A stretch of DNA of 23,491 nt from assembly GCA_051294375.1 (NCBI GenBank), contig JBJCIZ010000285.1:1-23491 (forward strand). The letters are read 5' to 3'. The DNA comes from Paraspadella gotoi. Its lineage: Eukaryota > Animalia > Chaetognatha. Position numbers and translations under genes: made by a program. Numbering within the stretch: the stretch's first letter is position 1; the number at the start of each line of letters is the position of its first letter. A model generated the notes under the pieces. It did no database searches. It was given only the letters and a program-made list of their open reading frames with translations, and was not told the DNA's origin. This document shows, one piece after another, positions 21,431-23,491 of the stretch.

Positions 21431-21983
21431 TTCCTTTTTTTACACACATCTTAACAAAAAGCAGTTCCTATCACAAATGTGCCTTTATACCTCAAAAATT
21501 CAAGCTCGCTATGATCTTTTGTCTACGGCAAAACAAACAATATTTTTAACGTTCGTTCAGCTTATTACGTAGAACAAAATTGTGCTTTTTGTCTTACTCA
21601 ACGTTGTATCTCTGTTTCGCAAAATGTAACTCGTTACCTCTCAATAGTGAAATAACGTGAATTAACATGACATTGATTTAATTTCTTGGACACCGCTTAG
21701 TCAGAAATTTGTGAAAAGATTGTACTATTTTTCGAAATCATCCCATTTCTGTTTTTTAATCCCTATAATTATTTTGAACCTTATATTTAAACTTAATCTT
21801 TCATCAGGTTTTTAATCCGATCCCTATCCCTTAATCCGAATCCTTTTTTTTAGCCTTAATGCTAACCTTAAATCCACTTAATTCCTAACACCTAAATTTA
21901 ATTCTAAATTTAAGCTGAAATAGGGTAGTTTTGTAAATAAAGTGTTTTAAACTTTTGAGACGATTAAACCGAGTTGGGAACTG

Positions 21984-22037
21984 GTTGGAAGGGTCCCTCA
22001 GCCAGACCCTGTTGGAAGGGTTCCTCAGCCAGACCCT
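21984..22037 (+). repeat. 27-bp tandem duplication
   Basis: gttggaagggt(c/t)cctcagccagaccct x2, one mismatch. Confidence 0.9.
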
Positions 22038-23491
22038 GTATAAGATTTTTGGAGCTCTCCCTTCGGAAGTCTAATGGTTCAACGACAATTTAAAGTGAAC
22101 GACTTCATCGTCGTCGTCGTCGTCGTCATTCACACTTGCGACAAAGCGGACAAGTTCATCAACGCCACGTTTCTGCTTCTGCCAGAAAACGGGCAAATGA
22201 TCTTACCCTCGATGACTCAATGCCCCAAAACCCACCGGAAATACTGGGCGCACTCGGGAAGGTCACCTGTAACAAATTGGCCATCGGAGGAATCCTGTTG
22301 GACCTGAGTAAAGTCTACGGAAAATTCCTGGCCAATTCTCTCAAGTGGGCGTGGACGGTGAAAATGGAGATCGATTGGAAACGGAAGGAAAAACGGGGGA
22401 AAATCTTGGAAAAGAAAATCTTAGATAAGAAAATCTTGGTTCTCTTAAAAGAAATGAGGGATTTTGTTTTCTGTCTATGGTGTACGACTGATACATTGAG
22501 GCAAAAGATCGTGTCTTACGATCTGCAAATCAATAACACGAGGAAACTGAACCGAGTTAAACTCATCACTTTTCTAATACACAAACGCGAGACCTTTTTT
22601 ATTACAATTTATAATCTTTAGGTAGAAAAAAACATTTTTTTAAAAAATCAATACAAAACCGAAACTAAAGTAAACTAAACTTATCTTTTTTGAAATTTTC
22701 ATAATTTAAATCATTAAAATTTTCAGATCGTAACATTATTCACCTTTAATTACGCAGTTTTCACTTATCAATGTGATAAGTGATAAATTAATATCTTTTT
22801 GAATTTTTTTTTCTAGAACCCTAATTTTACCATGTTTAGATATATGCTTTGAAAGTCGTTGGCTACAAAATATTACCTCAAGTAGCTGTACTAATTGTAC
22901 GAACACTTGCGGGTTCGTGCGACTTCGAAATCGGTAATCTGATGAAATGCCGGGGATCAAATAACTTTGTTTCTAAACGTAAAACGTATTCTGGTAAGAT
23001 TCGGGTAGGTTTTCTCTACAATAATTTCGAACTAAAACAACTTGTTTTGGCAAAAAAAATATATTTATAGGAAAATGCATGTTACTGTAAATTTAATCCA
23101 ATTCAACAAAACGGGGAACAAAAGAGAAGATATAATGTCAAAGTGGCAAAAATATTTATCTTGTAGCAGAAAAATTAAGCAAAAATCCATAAAAAATATA
23201 TTTAAATCTACGAATTCACTTTTTCTTTAGTTTTTTGAGATTTTTTGCACGAAGACAAGTCATCGTTTTGTTCCAGAAGTTTCTTTCGTTGAAAATCTTT
23301 CTGGTCGGAGAAGACGAGGAGTAAACTGTGTATTGCAAAAGTCGAGTAAGATTTTTAGCCATATTCTCCAAAAAACGCCCCATTACTGCTTACTGCTTTA
23401 GAATCAAATTAATTTTATACTTAGTATATGACAATAGGGGTAAAATTGGGAATTAAGACAAGAATGAGTGCAAGTAAATAAAATAGGGGTT

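Overview
AT-rich eukaryotic genomic DNA, most likely an invertebrate animal, from a draft assembly with two N gaps. It shows GT-AG introns, many microsatellites and dispersed repeats; the supplied ORFs are mostly spurious or partial overlaps of exons. Main gene: a spliced transglutaminase on the - strand (about 14562 to 8565). Its four downstream exons are intact and carry the catalytic His (NFHVWNE) and Asp (DATPQE). The upstream exons, including the catalytic-Cys exon, are full of small insertions, which is more likely noisy assembly than biology. A second, weakly supported spliced gene runs on the + strand from about 19.5 kb. The most interesting signal is a family of short TG...CA LTR-like repeats carrying a tRNA-like Pol III A/B-box module and conserved, co-varying hairpins. 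Members are a solo copy with an exact 4-bp GATT target-site duplication (2310-2563), an LTR-PBS-PPT-LTR miniature element with very unequal LTRs (12144-12701), a tail-to-tail diverged pair (14956-15435) and a possible old fragment near 18.9 kb. This resembles a Helenus/Cassandra-type Pol III TRIM.
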